This document shows positions 1 through 9,847 of a stretch of 64,000 nucleotides of DNA, one piece after another. Positions within the stretch are counted from its first letter, which is position 1, and the number at the start of each line of letters is the position of its first letter. Below the pieces are notes generated by a model that saw only the letters and a list, made by a program, of their open reading frames with translations, had not been told where the DNA came from and searched no databases. The stretch is from Guillardia theta CCMP2712 (taxonomy: Eukaryota > Protista > Cryptophyta), in assembly GCF_000315625.1 (NCBI RefSeq), contig NW_005434615.1, positions 352,305 through 416,304 of the forward strand, written 5' to 3'. The position numbers and the translations under genes are program-made.

Positions 1-3000
1 CGGTCGAGAAGGCCAGCTGTGACGGAGAAGGGGGTCGAGAAGACGGCGAGCGATGAGTTTGCTGGGGCGTCGTTGGGGTTGAATCCGAGCGTGTAAGCAG
101 CGCCAGGGACGAGGACCGCGAGGTCTGTGAACGCCAGAGTTCCATCATCCGCCGTTTGCATCACCTTGTTTCCTCTCAGCGTCGCCGCACATGCCAGGCC
201 GCTGCCGCACAGGTGGCCGTGTTGGTACAAGTCGGCTCTGATGAGAGCTCCAGCAGCGGCATTGTCGAACGTGTCGAGGGCAACGAGTTTGGGCTGAACA
301 GGAAGAGCAGGGAGGTCACTCCGCAATGTGATCGCTGCCGGCGGATTCTGCAGGACAAGGAGGCGGCTCGGGGGTCCGCTGACAACGTCGAACAGCTGGG
401 AGGAGACAGGAGGCAGCAGGTCCGAGATCAGCTGGAGTCGGCAAGACCGTGCGGCCACTAGGGCCTGGAGCCCTTGGAAGTTTGCCCTGCCCCCAAGAAC
501 ATCGCTGGAGTTGAGTCTCACGAAGAACCTTGTTGCCTGTCCCAGCGTGAAGGAGCGGAAGCGAGGGCTGGGATCGCCTACGACTACCCTGACATCGGCT
601 GGGGTGTCAAAGTCCTCAGTCACGTCGTTGCCGAAGAGATCCCTGACCTGCAACACAACCTGGGGGAACACTTCTCCAGCGCGGAAGGACTGGGCGAGCG
701 GCTGGCTCGCGATCGAGAGGGAAGCAGCAGAGGAGGGGCTGACTTGCACTTCGAACAGGGTCGCCTGCAGAGATCCGATCGCAACTTTGACCTGAAACCT
801 CCCTGATCTCCTCAACCAGATGCCATCAAAACGGATTTGACCGCTTCTGACCTGCTGGTCCTCCACGGCGATGGGACTTTCACCAGCAGCGCTGGCAGTA
901 GGTACCAGGGAGAGCGAAGCTTTGTACCACAACTTGTAATATGCATCCTGAGACGTGGAGCGAGTCAAGTTCACGTACGCTCTCCTCGTCTGTCCTTCAT
1001 ACTTCCAGACCTCAACATGCTGTCCATAGCCGTTCCCTCCCTCCACGGTCAGTATCATCCCCTTGTAGTAATCATCCTCCTTCCTTGAGCCCTCAGCAAG
1101 AACTAGGAAGTTGGATCCTGCGCCAACTGCGCGTCCCTCCTCTACCCAAGATATGGAGTTCCTCCATCGATCCGTGACTGAGACTGTCAGGGCGGGCCCA
1201 ACGGCCCCGGCTGTCACCTGCGGCGAGTACGCGGAGTTCAAGAGAGAAATTTGGAACGGGAGACCGATGGTGACTCGGAACATGTTGCTCCGAGTTGTGA
1301 GAGAGCTGGAAGAGGACAGCGATACAACAAACTCCAGCTGATACAGGTTCCCGGGTGCAGACACAGACAGGCTGGAGAAGCTCGCTCCTCCGTTGACCGT
1401 TGAGAGCGTGCATGGCGTTGTAAGGATACAGGAGAGAGGCTTCCGCTGCGTCACGTTCGTGATGAGGTAAACTGACACGTCCAGGGGGCTGGTCACGATG
1501 TTGTCATAAGTATCCTTGACTTGCACTGACGGGGCCGGCGAGAGGCTTTCATACATCCTGACCGTCTGCGGCTGCTGCACCACGACGAGCTTGGCCGGAG
1601 CAGAAGCAGCGACTGAGAACACTCCGCCCTTCAAAGAGGTCGTGAGGTAGCTGAACTGAAGGTACACGTTGGATGAGACCCTGGTGGGAACAAGGTTGTT
1701 GAACACTGCGTCCCGACCTACGACGTTCGCTCGGAAGGTGTTGAGGGTATCTGCAACTTCATTGTAGACAAACAGCGCCTGGACTGTTGTGGGGTGAAGA
1801 TTAGACACGTTGATGCCGAGATCGAGATGAAGGTTGAGGGGAGCGAGGAGGTTTCCGTAGGTAAAGGTGCCTCCCGCGAGCTGCCCAGGGGATGAGAAAG
1901 TCAGGTGAACTTGGTCGTTGTGTACGACATTGATCAATCTCGATGTCACATTGAGGTTCCCAACAGCGAAGAGCAAGTGGTAAGAACAGCCCATGGCATC
2001 TGTAGCGTGAACGAAGATGTCTGTGAACTGCGCAGTCCCAGATCCTGCCGATGTTTGTGCGAAGAACTCACAGTACTGAGAAGAGATGCAGGATGAAACC
2101 ACAGTGGCTCGGACGGTCAGGACATCAAGAGTGTTGTTGAACCTGTCGGAAGGAAACACGATCGGCTGGTGGAAGAGCGGGGGAAACTGAAATTTCTTGT
2201 CAGGAGTGCAGGATATGCCCTCGTTGCACCCCTGGAGCTGCAGCTGGTCGGAAGGCTGTCGGAGGACGACGAGCCTGGCCAGGGGGCCCGGGGTGACAAG
2301 AAACAAGTTCGTGGCGGACATCAGCTGGGCAGCGGAGGAGCAAGTCGTGCAGATGAGGACGGCTGAGATGCGATATCGACCGCTGGAGGACAAGGAGAAC
2401 GCGTAGGGGCTCGAGAGATTGACTGATCGCACGATGCTGCTGACGCTCTGCTCGACCCCGGAGACCTCTCGGAGTAGGCTGACGTTGACGCGCACGGCCG
2501 AGGCGTTGGAGAAGTCGCGCCACACGCAGGAAGCAGCTGGCAGGTTGAGGACGGGGCTGAAGACAAGAGAGTCTCCTGCCGTCAAGTCTGACAGGGGAGG
2601 CTCGTCGAAGAGCCGATAGTCACATGACGCTACCTGGGAGGTTGTGACTGTGATCCGCACTTGCTGGTGGACCACCACGAACGACAAGTAGCCGAGCCCG
2701 GGCCGGCTGATGGCGATAGAACGGAACTGCACGACGTCTTGGGATTGTACGTAGCAGGCGGGCCCGGAGCACGCGATGGTCAGCTCCCCAGCTGCATCAG
2801 AGTACTTGACGGACTCTACGACCACTGACTTGGTGAACTTGTTGCCGTACACGTCGGTCAGCGCGAGCTCGGGCTGGACGGGCAAGGCAGCGGCAAACTT
2901 CCCACCAGCAGGTTGAACGAGCATTCGGACTGCCCCGAGGTCGCTGACGAGGACAGAGAAAGTTGACTGCGCAACAAACACCCGGCTCGATGCCTCGCAC

Positions 3001-6000
3001 AAGCACGACACCTGAAACTCTCCTGACCTGTTGACCTGCGCCTCCGTCCTTGAAGTTGCCGTAGACACGTTCAACTCGCTCTGGAAGGTTTGCAGAGGCG
3101 TCTGAGTCTCCTGCACCAGCTCCCCGAGCGTGACCCTGACGCTCCCTGTGACGTTGGGAGTTGGGTTACCATAGACGTCAGAGATCCTCACGACGATAAG
3201 GAAACGCTGTCCAGCAACCACACTTGTCGCATGCTCGACAAGGATTCGTCGAGGAGACCCGGGCGTTACAAGAAACATTCTGCTTTGAGACAGCAGCATG
3301 AGATTGTTCGACATGTAGGTGAAGGTTATGTTGTGCCATCCCGCCGTCGTCGGAGCGCGGAGGTTCGGGAAAAGAAAGTCTCCCAGTTGATTTTGGGCCT
3401 GCAAACAGTTGAGAAATTCTCCGTCGCAGCTGAAGCCTCCTGACAGAATCTCAACGGAATTGCTGGAGAGGTTGCCAGCCGAGTTGCCGCTATGGAGCAG
3501 AGACGCGGACAGGACGGACCCGTTGACATCGAAAAGAAGACCTCCCACTGTTGTGTTGGCTGGTTGTTTGTTGATGCGAATCTGTGAGATGTAGAGCAGG
3601 CTGAAGGCTCTCGAGAAAGTCGACCTTCCATTGATCTTGCACTCGAGGCTTACACTGACAGTAGCTGGGACCTGCGCTCCGACGTACCTAACCATCAGGT
3701 CGGGAAAGACAGCCAGGCCGTTGGAGGTGGTGGAGGCGTTCACGAGCCCAAGGAGCTGGAGCTGGGAAGTGCCTGCCTGAGAGGAGAGAGCGAGAGCGAC
3801 TGCTCCTGCTTGTGTCAGGGAATTCCCAAAACGATCTGAAACCCTCAAGGCTAGCCCATCACAGCCTGCCGAACAGTCCGGCTGAATGAGGACTTTCTCA
3901 AACCGCAGAGGCTCCCCCAAGATACTCATGGTGGGTTGACTGAGGAAAGTTGCGCTGTAGCCTTCTGCGCTGGCAACCAAGAAGAAGTCAGAGGAACTTT
4001 GAAACAGAGTGCTGGAGAGAGTGAAACTGAATCTCAGGTTCTGCTTGCCGGTGTTGTTCACGGAAAGCTGTTGGACGACGACGTAGGTTGAGTCGACTGT
4101 GAATCTAACATTATTTGATATTGACGAGCAACTGCTCGCTGTATCACAAGCTTGAATCTTAAGAATGGCTTGGGCGAGTGGAGGAATACAAATAGGGTTC
4201 AAGAATGCATCTAGCAGTTGAAAACTTGGCTGAACCGCAAAGGTCCTTCCAGCCTCATAGACGCTAGGAGGCAGGAAAACTCGCATGCTCTTTGGTCCGG
4301 CTGGTATCAGAGTCGCAGACGATGAGTTTGACAGGTGGAAAGTCTCCTCATTGATTCGCAGAGTTGAAAGTATCTGAAGTTGTTTGGTCACATTGCACGT
4401 GTATTGCAGCACGGCGTCATCGGGCCACAACCGATCGACGGAGATGCTGATGGATAAGGAATTACTTGACATGGCGGAGACATCCTGAGTCCCGTAGACT
4501 TGGGAGGTGCCGATAGACACCCTCAGCGAAGTCAAGGAGCTGTTTGATCCGCTCAAAAGAATATAGTTGAGAAATTCATCGAAGACTTGGAAGGAGATAT
4601 GAAGGGGTTGCGGCGAACCAGCCTGAATGACGACTGGCTCAACGGACATGATGGCGTTTGATACAGAGAGAGATGGGGTGACGATGACGTAATGAGAGAG
4701 CGTAGTCATGCTCAAATAACGAAAGGCTAAAGTGAAATTTCCTGCTCGAGTGATTGTGAGGTTTTCAAACTTGTACAACGAAGATGATCCTCCAGTTGCC
4801 CGAAGTGAAGTCGAGCAATGGCCAAGTAAGAACTTCTGAACTGCTGTGCACTGGTAGAGGAGAACGTCGGTGTTCGACACACTGACTGACATCGCAACAT
4901 CAGTGGAAAGAAGATTGCCAAAGATGTCCTTCACCGCCATCTCTACAGTGAACAGTTCACCAGCCACCAAGGTTTGCGGGAACTCTTGCAAGAAGTCTAT
5001 GGAGAATGGAACTGTCGGCAGAACGTAGAAAATTTTCGAAGGCAGGCTGTGGTTCTTCATTTCCAGACATTCCTCCACGTTGTACAGATTCGCTCGAACA
5101 ACAAAGCTTCCCGACAAGTTCATGCTGAAATCGAAGCGGATGCCATAGGAGGTTTCTGTTCCGTTCACTTTCAGGAAGGGTACAGACAGCCCTGTTGTCG
5201 CATCGTATGCTCCCACGTCCAGCCACATCGCACTATCTGGTTTCCTGCAGATGGAACCAGCACAAGTCCAACCTTGATCAAGACTTGTGTCAAATTTGAG
5301 CACTTTCAGCTCAATACCCCCGGGGACCAGCTGCCCTGCTGTTCCATTCTTGATGTCTGAAACAAACCTCAAGTTCCTGATAGGATTTGCGACGATGTCA
5401 AAGTTCGCCAAAGTCTCCAAGGTCTTGAGCCCCCCTGTGAATCGATGACGCAGCAGCAACGTGTAGTAGCTGGTCATATTCAATATGATGTTCCTGACAA
5501 CAATCTCTCCATTGGCCGCTGTGGAGAGCGGAAGCTGGCTGCTCAACTGGGTAGGCATGCAGGGCTGAGTCGTCAGTTGAATCACAAAGTTTCCTTGTGC
5601 GATGCTAGCATTGCTCAGTGCAGAGCTCTTGTAGAAGACTGTCGCTGCATTCTGTGCCTGACTGAACCCCCTTGTTGTACTGCAAACCTCCACGAACGTC
5701 GTCTGGCTGAGCTCTTCAGGCGTGAAGCTGCATCGACCGCGAAGGCTTGAAATCACCCAAGAAAACGAACCGGAGCAGGTGACATTGGGTAGCGTGTCGC
5801 AGGAGTATAAGAAGAAAGTCCTCCCGTTGACTTGAGATGACTTCTTGTACGAGAGATAGCTCTCTCCTGTTTTCGTCTCCCTGATATACACTCCATCATA
5901 GTCGGAAAGGACGATCTTTTGTCCTGCAGAGTTGTATAGAGTAGAGAGACTGCCATCGATGGAAGAAACAATTGAGGATACATTCACATTGATCATGTCT

Positions 6001-8123
6001 CCAGAGCATGAAACTACCTCCATGCTCGTTGTTCCTCCGCTCACAGGGACTGTAACTTGTCCAGAGACAAAGAGTGAGGATCCTTTGATGGCAACGGTGG
6101 GCTCAGGACTTAACGGACAACCCACGACTCCCAAGGAAGGTTGCGACAGAACTGTCAATCTCTCTGGCGAATAAGTTCCAAAGCTTGGAGATGAGATCGA
6201 GTATGAGTTAGTAGGGCAGCTGGCTGTTTCGCACTTGAATGAAAATATGAGCTGAAGACTGTTCCCGAGCCCGTTCACAGCGAGATTTTTGAATTCCGCA
6301 ACGCCCATCACCAGTTGTTGTGAACATTGGGCCGACACAACATTGTTGCACATGATTCGAGCGTTTTGTTGGTTCGCTGCAATGCTTACTGTTACTGACG
6401 AGCTGCTCGTGGATGCCATGTTCCCATATTTATCCAATGCCACAAGTTTCGGGTAAGGGTACAACACCCCACCATAAGTGCAGCTCTGTACACCGGAAGT
6501 GACCAATAAACACGTTGCTTGCGAAGGGAAACTATCTATTTTCAACATACTGGCAGCAGCAGGCTGCACCTGGAAGGAGTTGGTGATGGCCATCAGTGAC
6601 ATGGAATAAATTCTCAATGAAAACGTGCCAATGGAGGTCAAGCATGCACTGTCGAAGGTTACCAAACCTGCACTCGACATACGAGAAGCAAGAGGCGAGG
6701 AAGGACATGAGTTACTTGTAGCTTGAGTAACTAGGTTGCCTGCTTGATCAACAACAACTATATACACGGGGATCTGATCTGCAGCTTGAACAACATTTCC
6801 AAACTCATCAACGAATGACGCGACCAACATGATGCTTGCAGTCTCACTTGCTGTCAACAGCGCAGGAGGCTGCTGGACGACGTCCAACCGAGTCACTGCA
6901 TCAAATGGCATCACCGAGAACAGAGGGCTTTCCACTGAGGCGATGTATCCTGTATTACAAGATCCTCCAGCAGACGGCAGGTAAGCATGGAAAACGATCT
7001 TATAGCCAGCCTTTGCTTTGTTTATGCGCAGATCCGTGAAGCTGACAACTCCATTTATCGAATTTGAGACGTTTTGACTGTATGGCTCAAAGGCAAAGTC
7101 CTGAAAACCACCAGCCGAGCTGAGCTTCAGCTGCGCGCAGACTTGTACGTTATCTATTGGAACGGAGTTGTCGTACTGATCTACCAGCGCCAATCGCACG
7201 GGATACTTGGCCGTAGAAAGGACGCAAGTCTTTGAGTTCGACTGCTCACAAACCTCTCCCAGTGCCAACCCAGCTTGAGCAACATCAGCCGGCGGGAACG
7301 ACGTCACCAAGAGCGAGCGAACTACTTGCGCTGGCGCTGGGAATGAGATCATCGTGAGCATGGAGGGGTAGATATCTGAATTCTCGTATGTACAGTGAGT
7401 CTCTGAGATCCCATAGCAGGAAATAAACATGATGCTGTGATCTTGGGAAGTTGCAGTCAAAACGAGGTCGGTGAACACAGCCTTGCCTTGGCTGGGCCAA
7501 ACCCTTGTCGTTCCCTTCAACTGCAAGCTCTTGGGAATATGGCAGGATACAGCATAGTCGTAGTCGGTCGAAGACTCCCATCCTCTCACGCCGAGGTAAC
7601 TGACAATCTTTTCAACTTGAATCACGACTTGAAACGGGGTCCCCACGGTGAGGGTCCGGGGGCTGCTGATCACCGAGAGACGACCGTAGGCGACATCGAT
7701 GACATCAGAAAGTGCGAAGGTGGAGTTGAAGATTGAGTTTGCTGTACAACCTTCGCCATGGAATCTGATAGTGTAATCTCGACCTGGCAGAGTCACGCCA
7801 ACGTCGGTGAAAGAAGCCGTCCCAGAAATGACATCTGCCCTAGTGCTGCCTAACAGCTCCGCACAGGTGGGATTGTTGCTCAACGAAGCTATCACGTACC
7901 TGCATTGAGCAGGAACAACAACTACAGGTTGACTGCGAAACGCCACACCTGCCACTTCCAATATCCTCCCCTTCGTAAATGTACCATCCTCTGCCTTCCA
8001 CATCGAGCAATTCGAGCAAAGATGGCCGACAAAGGGAGTCGCCTGCACATGATCTTGGGCTGAGAGCAGGAAGAGGAGAGATAGAAGGATGGACCCGTCC
8101 TGGAGCTGCAGCTTGTGCCTCAT
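1..8123 (-). CDS. Giant secreted or surface protein (>2700 aa, runs off the window) built of tandem ~110-125 aa Ig-like beta-sandwich repeats
   Basis: ATG at 8123 gives MRHKLQLQDGSILLSLLFLLSAQDHVQA (signal peptide). The same frame still reads sensibly at the left edge (LAFTDLAVLVPGAAYTLGF...FSTPFSVTAGLLD). The ORF track lists no stop-terminated minus ORF in this frame, consistent with an open frame. Recurring QP...D-x-(F/Y)-G-N...F-x-D-L motifs. Confidence 0.88.
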   Translation of the reverse strand, partial: MRHKLQLQDGSILLSLLFLLSAQDHVQATPFVGHLCSNCSMWKAEDGTFTKGRILEVAGVAFRSQPVVVVPAQCRYVIASLSNNPTCAELLGSTRADVISGTASFTDVGVTLPGRDYTIRFHGEGCTANSIFNSTFALSDVIDVAYGRLSVISSPRTLTVGTPFQVVIQVEKIVSYLGVRGWESSTDYDYAVSCHIPKSLQLKGTTRVWPSQGKAVFTDLVLTATSQDHSIMFISCYGISETHCTYENSDIYPSMLTMISFPAPAQVVRSLLVTSFPPADVAQAGLALGEVCEQSNSKTCVLSTAKYPVRLALVDQYDNSVPIDNVQVCAQLKLSSAGGFQDFAFEPYSQNVSNSINGVVSFTDLRINKAKAGYKIVFHAYLPSAGGSCNTGYIASVESPLFSVMPFDAVTRLDVVQQPPALLTASETASIMLVASFVDEFGNVVQAADQIPVYIVVVDQAGNLVTQATSNSCPSSPLASRMSSAGLVTFDSACLTSIGTFSLRIYSMSLMAITNSFQVQPAAASMLKIDSFPSQATCLLVTSGVQSCTYGGVLYPYPKLVALDKYGNMASTSSSSVTVSIAANQQNARIMCNNVVSAQCSQQLVMGVAEFKNLAVNGLGNSLQLIFSFKCETASCPTNSYSISSPSFGTYSPERLTVLSQPSLGVVGCPLSPEPTVAIKGSSLFVSGQVTVPVSGGTTSMEVVSCSGDMINVNVSSIVSSIDGSLSTLYNSAGQKIVLSDYDGVYIRETKTGESYLSYKKSSQVNGRTFFLYSCDTLPNVTCSGSFSWVISSLRGRCSFTPEELSQTTFVEVCSTTRGFSQAQNAATVFYKSSALSNASIAQGNFVIQLTTQPCMPTQLSSQLPLSTAANGEIVVRNIILNMTSYYTLLLRHRFTGGLKTLETLANFDIVANPIRNLRFVSDIKNGTAGQLVPGGIELKVLKFDTSLDQGWTCAGSICRKPDSAMWLDVGAYDATTGLSVPFLKVNGTETSYGIRFDFSMNLSGSFVVRANLYNVEECLEMKNHSLPSKIFYVLPTVPFSIDFLQEFPQTLVAGELFTVEMAVKDIFGNLLSTDVAMSVSVSNTDVLLYQCTAVQKFLLGHCSTSLRATGGSSSLYKFENLTITRAGNFTLAFRYLSMTTLSHYVIVTPSLSVSNAIMSVEPVVIQAGSPQPLHISFQVFDEFLNYILLSGSNSSLTSLRVSIGTSQVYGTQDVSAMSSNSLSISISVDRLWPDDAVLQYTCNVTKQLQILSTLRINEETFHLSNSSSATLIPAGPKSMRVFLPPSVYEAGRTFAVQPSFQLLDAFLNPICIPPLAQAILKIQACDTASSCSSISNNVRFTVDSTYVVVQQLSVNNTGKQNLRFSFTLSSTLFQSSSDFFLVASAEGYSATFLSQPTMSILGEPLRFEKVLIQPDCSAGCDGLALRVSDRFGNSLTQAGAVALALSSQAGTSQLQLLGLVNASTTSNGLAVFPDLMVRYVGAQVPATVSVSLECKINGRSTFSRAFSLLYISQIRINKQPANTTVGGLLFDVNGSVLSASLLHSGNSAGNLSSNSVEILSGGFSCDGEFLNCLQAQNQLGDFLFPNLRAPTTAGWHNITFTYMSNNLMLLSQSRMFLVTPGSPRRILVEHATSVVAGQRFLIVVRISDVYGNPTPNVTGSVRVTLGELVQETQTPLQTFQSELNVSTATSRTEAQVNRSGEFQVSCLCEASSRVFVAQSTFSVLVSDLGAVRMLVQPAGGKFAAALPVQPELALTDVYGNKFTKSVVVESVKYSDAAGELTIACSGPACYVQSQDVVQFRSIAISRPGLGYLSFVVVHQQVRITVTTSQVASCDYRLFDEPPLSDLTAGDSLVFSPVLNLPAASCVWRDFSNASAVRVNVSLLREVSGVEQSVSSIVRSVNLSSPYAFSLSSSGRYRISAVLICTTCSSAAQLMSATNLFLVTPGPLARLVVLRQPSDQLQLQGCNEGISCTPDKKFQFPPLFHQPIVFPSDRFNNTLDVLTVRATVVSSCISSQYCEFFAQTSAGSGTAQFTDIFVHATDAMGCSYHLLFAVGNLNVTSRLINVVHNDQVHLTFSSPGQLAGGTFTYGNLLAPLNLHLDLGINVSNLHPTTVQALFVYNEVADTLNTFRANVVGRDAVFNNLVPTRVSSNVYLQFSYLTTSLKGGVFSVAASAPAKLVVVQQPQTVRMYESLSPAPSVQVKDTYDNIVTSPLDVSVYLITNVTQRKPLSCILTTPCTLSTVNGGASFSSLSVSAPGNLYQLEFVVSLSSSSSLTTRSNMFRVTIGLPFQISLLNSAYSPQVTAGAVGPALTVSVTDRWRNSISWVEEGRAVGAGSNFLVLAEGSRKEDDYYKGMILTVEGGNGYGQHVEVWKYEGQTRRAYVNLTRSTSQDAYYKLWYKASLSLVPTASAAGESPIAVEDQQVRSGQIRFDGIWLRRSGRFQVKVAIGSLQATLFEVQVSPSSAASLSIASQPLAQSFRAGEVFPQVVLQVRDLFGNDVTEDFDTPADVRVVVGDPSPRFRSFTLGQATRFFVRLNSSDVLGGRANFQGLQALVAARSCRLQLISDLLPPVSSQLFDVVSGPPSRLLVLQNPPAAITLRSDLPALPVQPKLVALDTFDNAAAGALIRADLYQHGHLCGSGLACAATLRGNKVMQTADDGTLAFTDLAVLVPGAAYTLGFNPNDAPANSSLAVFSTPFSVTAGLLD

Positions 8124-8402
8124 CCTACCGAGCGAGCTCCTCCCCTCCCTACTCACCATCCCTCCCTCTCATTTGCTTGTCAATTCAGCGCCCCTTGGGA
8201 CCAATATCCATACCCCTCGTCCCCACTCATATCCGCCGGCGTTCCGAAGTTCCGATTTTCCGGGCCCGGGACTCTGCAGTCACTGAACACTGAGCCTGCA
8301 GTCACTGTGGCCGCAGCCCATGGTGCCAGGCTGCGGCCCGGGCTGCCCCGGATCGTATCTCGGCGGCTGAGTCACAGTTCCAGTGCCGGTGACCAGCCTG
8401 AG

Positions 8403-8533
8403 TGGCAGTGGCAGTGGCAGTGGCAGTGGCGGCAGTGGCAGTGGCAGTCACTGAGTGGCAGTGGCAGTGGCAGTGGCAGTGGCAGTGGCAGTGGCAGTGG
8501 CAGTGGCAGTGGCAGTGGCAGTGGCAGTGGCAG
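8403..8533. repeat. (TGGCAG)n hexamer microsatellite
   Basis: About 20 units, interrupted once by a short unit and once by CACTGAGT. Confidence 0.95.
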
Positions 8534-8614
8534 TGCCCGGCCAGTGCCACTGGAACTAGTGTCAAACGGGAATTCAAGGATCAGCCGCTGTCACACAAGG
8601 GCGGCGAATTCGAG

Positions 8615-9847
8615 TCAGAAAACTGATTTAATGCTCTCAACATATTCTTCAGCTATAGTTTCCAACCTTCGAGCTTCCTCTTTCCCAGTTAGCAGTTCAA
8701 ACATGTATTGATTCTCTGCACTGCTTGACATATCCTTGTCGGCATCATTGGCTTCCTTCCTCACAAAGTTCATCAGCTTATCTGAGTCAGAGGTTGATTC
8801 CGAGACAGCATCATATTCGATCACTTTGTCACCGTGCTCGATTCCATATTCGCTCTTTTTTGTGAGCTTCATCTTGTGCGACCTAACTCCTCCCCTTTTT
8901 CGTTTGGGAGGAAGCAATGACGAACGTTTGTTTGAGTACTGCTTGACCAGTTCATGGTCACTCAAAACCAAAGGCTCTGCAGCTTCCAAGTCCTCTTTAC
9001 GATTCCCCTCCATCGTGGAATCATTCAACTCCGTGCTTTCTGTTTCACTACAGTTGGAAGAATGCTCTAGGTACCGCTCAAAATCCCTTGGATGAGACAC
9101 CTTACCATTCGGATGGAATTCATACGGAATGAGTGATGGTAGCTCTGCCACTTGTAGCACATTCAATGGGAGCACCAACCCGACCGTGTCTGAGCGCAAC
9201 AGAGGTTTCATGAAAGCAAGGGCATGCCTCTCACAGCAAGCGCCTGTGGCGTTTCGATACAGAACTGACCACTCCAATTTCAGGTCAACGCCCTTTTCTC
9301 GATACTCTATCAACGCAGTTTGATCGAAAGTCATGAGTTCTAACAGCACAAGCCCAGCATGAAGGTTTCCGTATTGCACAGCCATATTGTACGCGTCAAA
9401 CCCGAAGACAGTCTTTGCATTGATGTCAGCTCCTGCCCTCAACAGTAGCAGAATGCATTCAACGCTCCCGTACACAGCAGCAATATGCAATGGCCTAAAG
9501 CCCAATCGATTTGGCTGATTGATGTTCGCCTGATGCTTAATCAGGAGTAAGGTAGTGTTGACTAAATTTCTTTGTACTGCATGAAAAAGAGGAGAGCAGA
9601 AGAAGTGCCGAGCATCCAGAATGTTAGGGTTGGCGCCTTGTTGAACGAGGGTTCTGGCCTCTTGTAGAGCCACGCGATCTTCTGAATGGCAGCATATCTC
9701 CTGAAGCTGCTTGCTCAAGTCTTGGCTTCCACCATGCATACTCCCAACCCCGTGACGAAAGCCATGGATAGAGGAGGCAACAAGAAAGATTGGTTGTGCT
9801 AGAATCAGGAAAATGTGGAGAAGAGAGAGGGAGCCATTTGCTCTCAT
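8615..9847 (-). CDS. Ankyrin-repeat protein with an N-terminal signal-like peptide
   Basis: GANPN..SPLFHAV, ANINQPNRLGFRPLHIAAVYG and GADINAKTVFG repeats; hydrophobic N-terminus; single 410-aa ORF. Confidence 0.85.
   Translation of the reverse strand: MRANGSLSLLHIFLILAQPIFLVASSIHGFRHGVGSMHGGSQDLSKQLQEICCHSEDRVALQEARTLVQQGANPNILDARHFFCSPLFHAVQRNLVNTTLLLIKHQANINQPNRLGFRPLHIAAVYGSVECILLLLRAGADINAKTVFGFDAYNMAVQYGNLHAGLVLLELMTFDQTALIEYREKGVDLKLEWSVLYRNATGACCERHALAFMKPLLRSDTVGLVLPLNVLQVAELPSLIPYEFHPNGKVSHPRDFERYLEHSSNCSETESTELNDSTMEGNRKEDLEAAEPLVLSDHELVKQYSNKRSSLLPPKRKRGGVRSHKMKLTKKSEYGIEHGDKVIEYDAVSESTSDSDKLMNFVRKEANDADKDMSSSAENQYMFELLTGKEEARRLETIAEEYVESIKSVF

Noticed and set aside
156-7736. Many short ORFs on both strands in the first 8 kb
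   Set aside because: Shadows of the single giant minus-strand frame.
8115-8711. ORFs with WQ, SG, HC or AV dipeptide runs
   Set aside because: Translations of the (TGGCAG)n microsatellite.
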